Assembly: GCA_020847715.1 (NCBI GenBank)
Contig: JADLBM010000016.1
Span: forward strand, 6,919-70,918
Direction of reading: 5' to 3'
Source: Candidatus Yanofskybacteria bacterium
GTDB lineage: Bacteria > Patescibacteriota > Minisyncoccia > 2-02-FULL-40-12 > GWA2-44-9
DNA: 64,000 nt
Every line of letters begins with the position of its first letter. The stretch's first letter is position 1. The notes beneath the pieces are model-generated. The model was not told where the DNA came from, searched no databases, and saw only the letters and a list, made by a program, of their open reading frames with translations. Positions 39,059-47,429 of this stretch are shown here, in pieces. The position numbers were made by a program, and so were the translations under genes.

Positions 39059-40909
39059 TTACTGTACCCGACCGTCGTTAGGATGGCCTTCGATATCGTC
39101 GCTCGTGAGGTTCCGCAATATGGACTCGACGAGTTGGCCCGTGAACACATCGGTACCGGTCAGGGTCGCCCTATTCATAAGCGGAACGCTCTGTCCGCGC
39201 TGACTCTCTGACGGTTTGAAGGAAAGCTTGAATGTCGCCTCATATCGCGGCGTCCCGTTGCCAGTTCCGAACGGAAGTGTGCCGATAGTCCATGTCACAG
39301 TGTTGCGGGTGCGATCGTACACCGGCGGGGTTCCGTTACTTGCTGTCGGGGTGCCAGCAAAGATGACACCCGTTGGGAGCGATGCAACAACCTTGGCATC
39401 GCGCACATCGTTCCCCGGATTCGCCAACTGCCACCGCACCATCACCGTAGTGTCTTGCCCTGCGACCGGCGGCAGCGGACCGGAACCCGCTCCTCCGTCA
39501 TATACGAGTGCTTGTGTAAGCGTCGGCTGAGAACCAATCTTGGTCGTCACACTATCGAGCGCAAACACCTCGTTCCCATCGATACCGGTCGGAACCTGCG
39601 ATGTCGCAAGCCGCGCCGTGGCTTTCACGAAGAAACTCTTTGCCCCATCGAGTTGCCCTCCCGAGAGACCGGCCTTCAATGGGACCGTGAATGTCAGCCG
39701 CCCCGTGGTCCCAGGCGTGAGAGCCGAAAAATCAGGAACACCGGCGGCATCGAATACGATTGTTCTCGAGGCATCATCAAAGAACCCCTGAGATACTTGC
39801 ACGCGAGCAGTGTCATACATATCCCCCTCCAGCTTCACCCCGAGCAGGAGCCCGAGCAGGGTGAATCGGGAGTCGTTCCGGTAGGTCACCGTATATCGCA
39901 GTGTATCGCCTGGGAACGCAACATAATCGCGTCCACCGGCAGGAGCGAGCGAGACCGAGAGTAGCGGGCTCGAAATCATCGTGAACGCTTCGGTCCGCAC
40001 ATAGTCTACGTACTGCCCATTGAGATTTCGCTGGACGACCGCCGTCACGATCTTCGTCTCTCCCTGTGCGCCGGGGAGCGTGCCGGTCACCCGAATGCGC
40101 TTCCCTTGGCCGTCCGCGAGCGCGTCGAGATTCCAGACCGTATTCCCCGTCGAAGGATTCGGGTTCATGCTCTGAACCACGAATCCATCCGGATAAGCAA
40201 GCGTCACTTTCAGATCCGAGAGATCAGCTCCGGAATCGTTCCGCATATCCAGCAGGTACTCGACCGGCTGACCAGCAACGACGGTCGGCGGCGCGACAAG
40301 CGTAAGCGTAACCGGAAGAGCGGTGATCGTAGTGGTCACCGTCGCCTCTTTTTCAAAATTGGAGCGCAACGTACCGGCGCGGAAGATGGTCTTCACTCGC
40401 GCCGTCTGCATGGCACCCTTATCCCCCACGAGAACTGCCTTAATCTCCCGCGTTCCCGATTGTCCCGGATCCAGTTTGTCGACGGTGAATCCTTCGCTCT
40501 CCGGCATCGTTGCCGCGCCATCCTTCATAACAATAGTTCCCTCCGGATAAAACAACCGGAAGCTCATATCGGTCAGCGAAACCTTTGTGTCATTTCGATA
40601 GGAAATGGTGTACGTGATTTCGTCACCGGATGTCGCGCGATCGGGAGCGTCGAGCGTTATCGAAACGCCCTTGTCAGAAAACGAGCTTCCGCCCCACCAG
40701 AGCGACCCGATGGTCAGCACAAAGAGCCCGGCGGCCGCGAGCATGAGCCACTTCAATAGTTGATTGGAGCGTTTTCGCATGGGGGGAATGCCGGCCTCAC
40801 TCTGCCGGAATGGCGGCTCATGGGGCGCCTGCATCACCGGTGGGACCGACTCGACTGGCCGCTCTGGAACAGGCGTAATGAGCGGCGAAATCTCAAAATC
40901 TGCGGGCAT
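39059..40909 (-). CDS. Membrane-anchored surface protein with repeated DUF11 / conserved-repeat (CARDB-like) domains; alternative start at 40780
   Basis: N-terminal TM helix, then about four repeats of the YTxxYRNDS...L...YPxG pattern. Confidence 0.65.
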   Translation of the reverse strand: MPADFEISPLITPVPERPVESVPPVMQAPHEPPFRQSEAGIPPMRKRSNQLLKWLMLAAAGLFVLTIGSLWWGGSSFSDKGVSITLDAPDRATSGDEITYTISYRNDTKVSLTDMSFRLFYPEGTIVMKDGAATMPESEGFTVDKLDPGQSGTREIKAVLVGDKGAMQTARVKTIFRAGTLRSNFEKEATVTTTITALPVTLTLVAPPTVVAGQPVEYLLDMRNDSGADLSDLKVTLAYPDGFVVQSMNPNPSTGNTVWNLDALADGQGKRIRVTGTLPGAQGETKIVTAVVQRNLNGQYVDYVRTEAFTMISSPLLSVSLAPAGGRDYVAFPGDTLRYTVTYRNDSRFTLLGLLLGVKLEGDMYDTARVQVSQGFFDDASRTIVFDAAGVPDFSALTPGTTGRLTFTVPLKAGLSGGQLDGAKSFFVKATARLATSQVPTGIDGNEVFALDSVTTKIGSQPTLTQALVYDGGAGSGPLPPVAGQDTTVMVRWQLANPGNDVRDAKVVASLPTGVIFAGTPTASNGTPPVYDRTRNTVTWTIGTLPFGTGNGTPRYEATFKLSFKPSESQRGQSVPLMNRATLTGTDVFTGQLVESILRNLTSDDIEGHPNDGRVQ

Positions 40910-40921
40910 ATCGCCATGCTA

Positions 40922-41497
40922 TCACGAAAGTGACGCCAAACGAAGCGCGTCATAGAAGAGATCAAGCGAGGAGAATGATCGCTGCGCAATCTGCTCAAAG
41001 CGGTCGTCAAGTGACGACCTCCCAGCGTGGGCACTCTGGAGCGTGTGCTCGCCGGAGGCTCCGTACCCAAGCACCTCAAGCACCGCTGCCTGCTGGCGGC
41101 GAAATGCCCCGAGAAGCTCCGCCCGCGGCGTCGTATCCATTTCATGAAGCGCATCACAGATGCAGGCCCAGAGATGCGCATCCGGTTGCTCGTCGTAAAC
41201 GGCCGCGCTTACTACCTGAAGAAAGAACTGCGCCGCGGCCCACCCCGCAACCGTCCCCTTCGCACTGGAAAACGCCCGCACCACTTGGGCGCCGGTCATA
41301 ATCGGCCCACTCCGTCCAGCGACCAATTCACAGCGAATAACATTCCCCTCGTCGATCGCGAGCGCTTGCGTACTATGCGCTCGCATCGAACCTTTCGCAA
41401 TCGCGGTGAGCTTCCCCATCTCCTTGGTGTAGAGCACGACCATCTGGTCGTGCTCTCGAACGGGTATTTTCCGAATGACCACAGCTTCAATATGCAT
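40922..41497 (-). CDS. recO: DNA repair protein RecO (short form, 191 aa)
   Basis: N-terminal OB-fold pattern (VLYTKEMGKLTAIAKGSMRAHS). Confidence 0.65.
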   Translation of the reverse strand: MHIEAVVIRKIPVREHDQMVVLYTKEMGKLTAIAKGSMRAHSTQALAIDEGNVIRCELVAGRSGPIMTGAQVVRAFSSAKGTVAGWAAAQFFLQVVSAAVYDEQPDAHLWACICDALHEMDTTPRAELLGAFRRQQAAVLEVLGYGASGEHTLQSAHAGRSSLDDRFEQIAQRSFSSLDLFYDALRLASLS

Positions 41498-41503
41498 ACG
41501 ACA

Positions 41504-41980
41504 TCAACGGAAAAAGACCGTTATCTCACGGGCATCATCGAATTGCGGAAGCCCTGACGGATTATCTTTCTTCAAGATGAGCGCCCCGCGGGAACTATAT
41601 GCCGGCTTCTCGAATACAACCGTTGCCTCAAAGGGGACCCATTCGGTAGTCATCCATTCTCCCATCGCCTGTGCGGGAACCGTCGCGATGATGAGCCCGT
41701 CCCAATCGGTTAGAATGACCGGAAAGCTTCCCTCAAAGAACCAACTCCCCCGCGCCTTCCCGCTCACCCGCAATGGAGAGCTGACGCTCGCCATCGGAAG
41801 CGGCTGGTCAATGATAATGAGGTCGTCGGCGTCGGTTGTCGCGAGGGGCGTGGGCGACGCCATAGGAGTACCAGTCGGAACCGGCTCCCGACGAAGCGCG
41901 GGACCAAGCCACCACGCGCCCAGCGCCACCGCGCCAAGCAACACCACCGCCACAACGGTTATTCGTGCTACAGGATTCAT
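41504..41980 (-). CDS. Gmad2-like immunoglobulin-like domain protein with signal anchor
   Basis: ATGA start/stop overlap with the upstream rhodanese gene. Beta-rich secreted domain. Confidence 0.45.
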   Translation of the reverse strand: MNPVARITVVAVVLLGAVALGAWWLGPALRREPVPTGTPMASPTPLATTDADDLIIIDQPLPMASVSSPLRVSGKARGSWFFEGSFPVILTDWDGLIIATVPAQAMGEWMTTEWVPFEATVVFEKPAYSSRGALILKKDNPSGLPQFDDAREITVFFR

Positions 41981-42300
41981 TCTGTTGAGAGCGCTCCGCC
42001 TGCCTCCTCCCAATCCTTGAGCCCACCAATGTTCACGACATGCTCCCAGCCGTTCGCGGTGAGAATTTCCGCCGCTTTGCCGGCGCGTCCGCCCGCCGCA
42101 CAGTGCGTATACACCGTCACATCATGCGGAATATCGGGGAATTCTCCGCGCTCAAGCCGGGCAAGCTCCCAGTGGAGTGCGCCTGCGGCGTGCCCCGCCG
42201 CCCACTCCTCATCTCGTCGCACATCGAGCAAAACCGACGTTCCTGCCGCTTGATCGACAACCGCTTGTGCTGCGTTGGTATTCATGCCGCAAGTATACAC
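41977..42300 (-). CDS. Single-domain rhodanese (sulfurtransferase)
   Basis: Active-site loop YTHCAAGGRAG. Confidence 0.75.
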   Translation of the reverse strand: MYTCGMNTNAAQAVVDQAAGTSVLLDVRRDEEWAAGHAAGALHWELARLERGEFPDIPHDVTVYTHCAAGGRAGKAAEILTANGWEHVVNIGGLKDWEEAGGALSTE

Positions 42301-42301
42301 C

Positions 42302-42991
42302 CTACCTTCGCGTCCCGACTACAACGAAGTGGACGGTGAACAAGTCGTCGATTACCTTGTCGCCAAGATTCTTGAAGAAATTACCCGACGCATAGGTCAA
42401 CCCCCACTGCGTACGATCGAGAGTCGCCGTCGCTTCCATGGTCAGTGCGTTTCCCGCCCCAGTAAGAGTCGCCAAAAATTGGACGGGCTTCGTGACACCC
42501 TTGATGGCAAGCGTCCCGCTCACGGTGAGCTGGCCGGACACTGATGCGGGAGTCAGCTTCTCAAATGTGAATGCTGCGGTCGGATACTTCTCGACATCGA
42601 AGAAGTCCGCCGACTTAAGGTGCTTCTGCATCATCGTCTCGCCGCTCCCCCGCCCCGTGCTCGTCGTCGTAATGGTTGTCAGATCCACCACGACAGACCC
42701 CTTGGTCACTGCGCCGCCCTCTACCACTGCAGAGCCGCTTGCGATCGCCACGGTGCCACGGTCAATGTAGTTCGCAATAAGCGTCTTCGAGCCAGACCAC
42801 TCCATACGGGACGCCGAAGCGGTCAGCTGGTAGACACCATCGGAGAATACCAGCGGCGTTGCCGTCGCCTCGACTGGAGTCGCCGACAACACGGGGTCGC
42901 CAATGGGTCCGCGCTGATCACCCGATACAACATAGAGCACCCCGCCGACAACCGCGGCAACGATGACGAGAAATAGAATGAGTTTCATCAT
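42302..42991 (-). CDS. YceI-like periplasmic/lipid-binding protein
   Basis: Signal anchor plus the YceI pattern. Confidence 0.75.
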   Translation of the reverse strand: MMKLILFLVIVAAVVGGVLYVVSGDQRGPIGDPVLSATPVEATATPLVFSDGVYQLTASASRMEWSGSKTLIANYIDRGTVAIASGSAVVEGGAVTKGSVVVDLTTITTTSTGRGSGETMMQKHLKSADFFDVEKYPTAAFTFEKLTPASVSGQLTVSGTLAIKGVTKPVQFLATLTGAGNALTMEATATLDRTQWGLTYASGNFFKNLGDKVIDDLFTVHFVVVGTRR

Positions 42992-43075
42992 GCGTTCTAT
43001 AGTAGCGGACCTTCAGTCCGAAGCAACCCCTGTGCAGTCGTCAAAAAATCATGTACAACCACCTTGGAGGTGCGT

Positions 43076-43540
43076 ATGGCGATCGATGTCGTTTTTGCGT
43101 TCGTCGGAACACCCAGGGGAGACCCCGACACAATGCTCGTGTGTCTCCGGGAGAAGACATCGCGGCGCGGCGTCATCTTCACTATCGGTGATACGGATGC
43201 CGAAGCGATCCTGAGCGTTGCCCCCGGAGTCGTGCGTCACGGATATGAAGTCCATGAAATCTGGGCGGCAGCGATGACCACGATGGGAGTCACCCTCGAG
43301 CAGGTCATCCTCACGGGACTCAACGAGGAGCAAGCAGTACAGGGAGAGCTTCACTTCCGGCTCGGAGACCGTGCGTGGAGCGTCCCATGCCATCGACCTC
43401 CTATTGGCATCGCGCTTGCGCTGGCCATGAACGCTCCCATCCGCATCGCGAATGAGCTGTTCGCGGCAATGCAGCCGACCGACATCCCGGAACGCTTCCT
43501 CGGGGCATCTTCTCCGAAGGATGCGACCTCGACGGACTGA
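43076..43540 (+). CDS. Bifunctional nuclease (BFN/DUF151) domain protein
   Basis: GGAGGTG RBS. BFN-like core sequence. Confidence 0.65.
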   Translation: MAIDVVFAFVGTPRGDPDTMLVCLREKTSRRGVIFTIGDTDAEAILSVAPGVVRHGYEVHEIWAAAMTTMGVTLEQVILTGLNEEQAVQGELHFRLGDRAWSVPCHRPPIGIALALAMNAPIRIANELFAAMQPTDIPERFLGASSPKDATSTD

Positions 43541-43584
43541 GGAGATTTCTTCAACACCCACGGCGGCGACATCCCCGAAGCCTG

Positions 43585-43611
43585 ACCCCCGCATCTGCGG
43601 GGGTTGTTTTT
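43585..43611. terminator. Bidirectional terminator between the BFN gene and ileS
   Basis: ACCCCCGCA-TCT-GCGGGGGTT followed by GTTTTTGT. Confidence 0.75.
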
Positions 43612-43614
43612 GTA

Positions 43615-46600
43615 TTAAACACGAATCCCGATCCACAGGGATTTCCCTGGCGCAAGATCCGCACTCTTTTCAAGCTTCAGCGCGACTCCATCCCGCTGAT
43701 TCGTGAAGATCGACAAGCCCGTCTCCTCGGCAATCATGTCGGCGTAGGCCAGCAACGCGCGGGATATTTCAGCATCTTCGCTCGTCCAGAAACACTGTAC
43801 GCGGTCCCCGACACGGCATCCGGCCTCTTTGCGCATGTCTTGAATGGCGCGCATCACCTCGCGCGCAAAACCCTCCGCTCGTAGCTCGGTCCCGATGGTA
43901 GTATCCAACGACACCGGAGCGCCCGGCATGTAGTTGACCTCTTTTACATTGAGCTCGTCCCGAATGAGCGCCTCGAGGTCGCTCGGGAGCTGTGTTCCAG
44001 GAATGGTGACCGCTCGCAGCGGCTGACGCACCTTGATCTGCTGGTCTTTCCGAATGGCAAGCCCAGCGCTGATGTGAGTGCGCACCTGCTCCATCTGTTG
44101 ATGTAGCGTTTCATTGACGAGCGCGATATTCGCCTGCTCCCAGTCAGCGAGGTGAACCGACTCCGCATCGCCCGGCCGTTTGAGCTTTTGCCATAGGTCC
44201 TCGGCGGTGAACGGAATGAACGGCGCTATCAGAAGGGCGAGCGAGCGGAGCACTGAACGCAACACCGGGAGCGCGCCGCTCCGCTTTCGGCTACGCCGCA
44301 GCCACCACTGACTGAAGTCGTCGACGACAAATCGTTCAAGTTCACGGGCGGCAACTGTCGTGTCGTAGTGATCCAGCCGCTCCGTGACCGTGCGCGTCAC
44401 CTCATGCAACCGCGAAAGGATCCACTCGTCCAACAAGTTTGTTGCCGCCCCCTCATCCGTGGCGTGCTCGGTCTGGTAGAGCTCGTAGAACCGCAAGCAA
44501 TTCCCGAGCGTCCCGAGAAAGCCCGTCAGTCGCTCGCGCACTTCTCGTACGCTGAAATTCTTCGTGTCCCCCGGAGCGTTCACGGTATAGAAGTACCACC
44601 GCGTTGCGTCGACGCCGACCGCGTCGAACACATCGTTCGGGAGCACGACATTCCCACGCGACTTGGACATCTTCTGCCCCTTCTCATCGAGTACATGCCC
44701 CAGCGAGACGACATTCTTGAACGGGGTCCCGCGCCCGAGTGCCGTCGCAACTGCGAGCAGCGTGTAAAACCAGCCACGCGTCTGGTCAACCGCCTCGGAA
44801 ATGAAGTCCGCCGGAAACTGCTGATTGAAGAGCTCCTCGTGCTCGAATGGCCAATGCCACTGCGCGTACGGCATGGAGCCGGAATCGAACCAGACGTCGC
44901 AAATCTCGGGCACGCGACGCAGCGTTTTCCCTCCCCGCTTCAGAACAATTTCATCAATGTATGGCCGATGCAGATCCACCGCGCCGCTCGCATCGCGAGG
45001 AATATTTCGCATGACAACCCGTTCCGGACTTGCATACGCAACGAAGTCGCTCCCGCGGCGCTCTTTTTCGGCAATGGATTCCTTCATGGTCCACCCGTTG
45101 GCCGCATCTACCAACATCCAGATGGGATACTCGTGACTCACGATGAGCACGTGCTTCCCCGCGTAGGCATCGTTCAGTTCTTTCATGACGCCCCACATGC
45201 GAGCGCGAAGATCGGCAAGCGACTCACCCCCCGGCGGCTGCTGAATGAACTTACTCTCGTAGGTCGGATACTGCTGATGGTACGCCGCATCGTGGCAACC
45301 CTTCAGGGTCGGCCCGAGATTAATCTCCCGCAGGCGCTCATCGGAGATAACCTTTGTGATGCCCAACTCGTTCGCAAATACCTCTGCGGTCTCGGCCGTT
45401 CGCTGGATAGGCGAAGTAATGATGGCGGCGAGCTTCACCCGCTTTTTCCCAAGCTCACGCTTCAGCATGCGCGCCGCTTCAAGTGCCTGCGCACGGCCGG
45501 CATCGGTGAGCGGAGAGTCCCCTTCTCCTTGGTCGATGACATGCTTAACATTCTTCACCGACTCCCCATGACGAACCACCCAGAACGTTGCCGGCGTGTC
45601 GCCGCGATAGGTATCGAGGTCCTCAAGCGATGAGACGACGAGCGGCTCACCGACAATCTGCCCCTGTCGATCGCGAGCGACCCAGATGGGAAGTGGCGTC
45701 CCCCAGTAGCGCTCACGAGAAAAGTTCCAATCCTTGCTCTCACGGAGCCACTGGCCGAAGCGGCCCTCTTTCAGGTGGCCTGGAACCCAATTGATGTCGG
45801 CATTGTTCGCGAGAAGCTCCTTGTTTAACGAGCTCATCCGCACGAACCAGCTATCCTTGGCATAGTACAACAGCGGCGTATCGCACCGCCAGCAGAACGG
45901 GTACTCGTGCTCATACGGAACCTTCGCCAAGAGCAACGAACGCGCGGCGAGCTGCTCCAGAATGAGCGCCTCGGTCTCCGCGGCCTTTACATACCGCCCA
46001 TCGAGCTCGGCGGATACGCCCACAAACTTTCCGCGCTCATCGACGGTGTGCACCTTCGGAAGTCCGACCGCTACGCCAAGTCGGTAGTCGTCTTCGCCAT
46101 ACATGACCGCCGTATGTACAATGCCGGTGCCGTCGGTCGTCGTAACGAAATCCGCATCATACACCTTGTACGATGTTGGCTTCTTCAGCGCTCGCACTGA
46201 AAAAAGCGGTTCGTAGCTGGTGGCGACAAGCTCGCCCCCATTGAACTCAGCGAGTATCTCCAATGGCGCGCCGAGCACTTTTTGCGCGAGGTCTGCCGCG
46301 AGAATGAAGTATTCGTCCCCCCGCTTCGCAAGCACATACTGCACCGAGGACCCGACTGCCAATGCAACATTCCCCGGCAGCGTCCACGGGGTCGTCGTCC
46401 ACGCAAGCAGAAACGTGTTCTTCGGAAGCGCCTTCCCATCAAGCTTCAGCTTCGAGCTCTTCACCTTGAACTTGAGGTATACCGATGTATCGGTAACGGT
46501 CTTATACCCCTGCGCAACCTCGTGGCTCGAGAGCGGCGTTCCGCACCGCGTGCAGTACGGCACAACCCGATGCGCCTGATACAGAAGTTTCCGCTCCCAG

Positions 46601-47076
46601 AACCGTCCGATGATATTCCAGAGCGATTCGATGTAGGGGTTCTCGTAGGTGATGTACGGATCCTGCAAGTCCACCCAGTAGCCGATGCGGCGCGTGAACC
46701 GGTCCCACTCACTCTTGAACTTCCACACCGACTCGCGGCACTTTGCGTTGTATGGCGCGATACCGTACGCCTCGATGTCCTTCTTGCTCTTGAACCCAAG
46801 CTCTTTCTCTACCTGAATCTCTACCGGAAGGCCGTGCGTATCCCATCCCCCTTTGCGCAGCACATAGCGCCCGCGCATGGTCTGGTAGCGGTTGAAGATG
46901 TCTTTGAAGATGCGCGCGATGACATGGTGAATCCCCGGATTGCCGTTCGCGGTCGGCGGTCCTTCGTAGAACACGAACGGCGTGCCGCCTTCCCGCTGCC
47001 GCATGCTTTTCCGGAAGACATCGTTGTCTTCCCAGAATTTCTGTATGCGTTCTTCGAGCTCTTTGAATTCGGCCAT
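43615..47076 (-). CDS. ileS: Isoleucine--tRNA ligase (type 2) with an in-frame inserted histidine-phosphatase (phosphoglycerate-mutase family) domain
   Basis: HIGH-region, CP1 editing (WTTTPWTLPGN), WFDSGS and KMSKS motifs are all present. Residues ~497-690 read VVRHGES...PLTDAG...ITSPIQRTAETA...VLIVSHEYP, a complete histidine-phosphatase domain (nt ~45000-45590). Promoter TTGAAA-N17-TACCAT sits 8 nt before the ATG. Confidence 0.95.
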   Translation of the reverse strand: MAEFKELEERIQKFWEDNDVFRKSMRQREGGTPFVFYEGPPTANGNPGIHHVIARIFKDIFNRYQTMRGRYVLRKGGWDTHGLPVEIQVEKELGFKSKKDIEAYGIAPYNAKCRESVWKFKSEWDRFTRRIGYWVDLQDPYITYENPYIESLWNIIGRFWERKLLYQAHRVVPYCTRCGTPLSSHEVAQGYKTVTDTSVYLKFKVKSSKLKLDGKALPKNTFLLAWTTTPWTLPGNVALAVGSSVQYVLAKRGDEYFILAADLAQKVLGAPLEILAEFNGGELVATSYEPLFSVRALKKPTSYKVYDADFVTTTDGTGIVHTAVMYGEDDYRLGVAVGLPKVHTVDERGKFVGVSAELDGRYVKAAETEALILEQLAARSLLLAKVPYEHEYPFCWRCDTPLLYYAKDSWFVRMSSLNKELLANNADINWVPGHLKEGRFGQWLRESKDWNFSRERYWGTPLPIWVARDRQGQIVGEPLVVSSLEDLDTYRGDTPATFWVVRHGESVKNVKHVIDQGEGDSPLTDAGRAQALEAARMLKRELGKKRVKLAAIITSPIQRTAETAEVFANELGITKVISDERLREINLGPTLKGCHDAAYHQQYPTYESKFIQQPPGGESLADLRARMWGVMKELNDAYAGKHVLIVSHEYPIWMLVDAANGWTMKESIAEKERRGSDFVAYASPERVVMRNIPRDASGAVDLHRPYIDEIVLKRGGKTLRRVPEICDVWFDSGSMPYAQWHWPFEHEELFNQQFPADFISEAVDQTRGWFYTLLAVATALGRGTPFKNVVSLGHVLDEKGQKMSKSRGNVVLPNDVFDAVGVDATRWYFYTVNAPGDTKNFSVREVRERLTGFLGTLGNCLRFYELYQTEHATDEGAATNLLDEWILSRLHEVTRTVTERLDHYDTTVAARELERFVVDDFSQWWLRRSRKRSGALPVLRSVLRSLALLIAPFIPFTAEDLWQKLKRPGDAESVHLADWEQANIALVNETLHQQMEQVRTHISAGLAIRKDQQIKVRQPLRAVTIPGTQLPSDLEALIRDELNVKEVNYMPGAPVSLDTTIGTELRAEGFAREVMRAIQDMRKEAGCRVGDRVQCFWTSEDAEISRALLAYADMIAEETGLSIFTNQRDGVALKLEKSADLAPGKSLWIGIRV

Positions 47077-47156
47077 ATCCGCTCATGGTACGCAACTTTG
47101 CCCGCTTTTTCAAGATAAATAAGCGGCCCACCAGGTGGGCCGCTTCGTCCGAGATG

Positions 47157-47366
47157 CTACCACTGCATGGAATTCTGCTCGACAGCCTCGCGCACTCCAG
47201 AGATGCCCTCGAACAAGCGGGCCCCAACTACGACACTTGGCCGCGCACACCCCGCGAACTGACCCGCGAACTGCTCAGTCGCGCGCTCAAAGCGAATTCC
47301 TCGAAGCCGCAGAAATCGCTCGGCGGCCTTACTCGTTGAGCTGTCGTCGGAAATCAACACAAACAT
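47157..47366 (-). CDS. Glutaredoxin/NrdH-like small protein with the CxxC motif replaced by SSTS
   Basis: MFVLISDDSSTSKAAERFL...RPSVVVGARLFEGISGVRE has a Grx-like topology without active-site cysteines. A terminator hairpin (GCGGCCCACC-A-GGTGGGCCGC + T-rich) lies downstream. Confidence 0.4.
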   Translation of the reverse strand: MFVLISDDSSTSKAAERFLRLRGIRFERATEQFAGQFAGCARPSVVVGARLFEGISGVREAVEQNSMQW

Positions 47367-47429
47367 CTGCCCCCTCCTCGAAAAGAGATGCGGCGAGTCT
47401 ATGGCAAAATTACCGAGAAATCAATCTCT

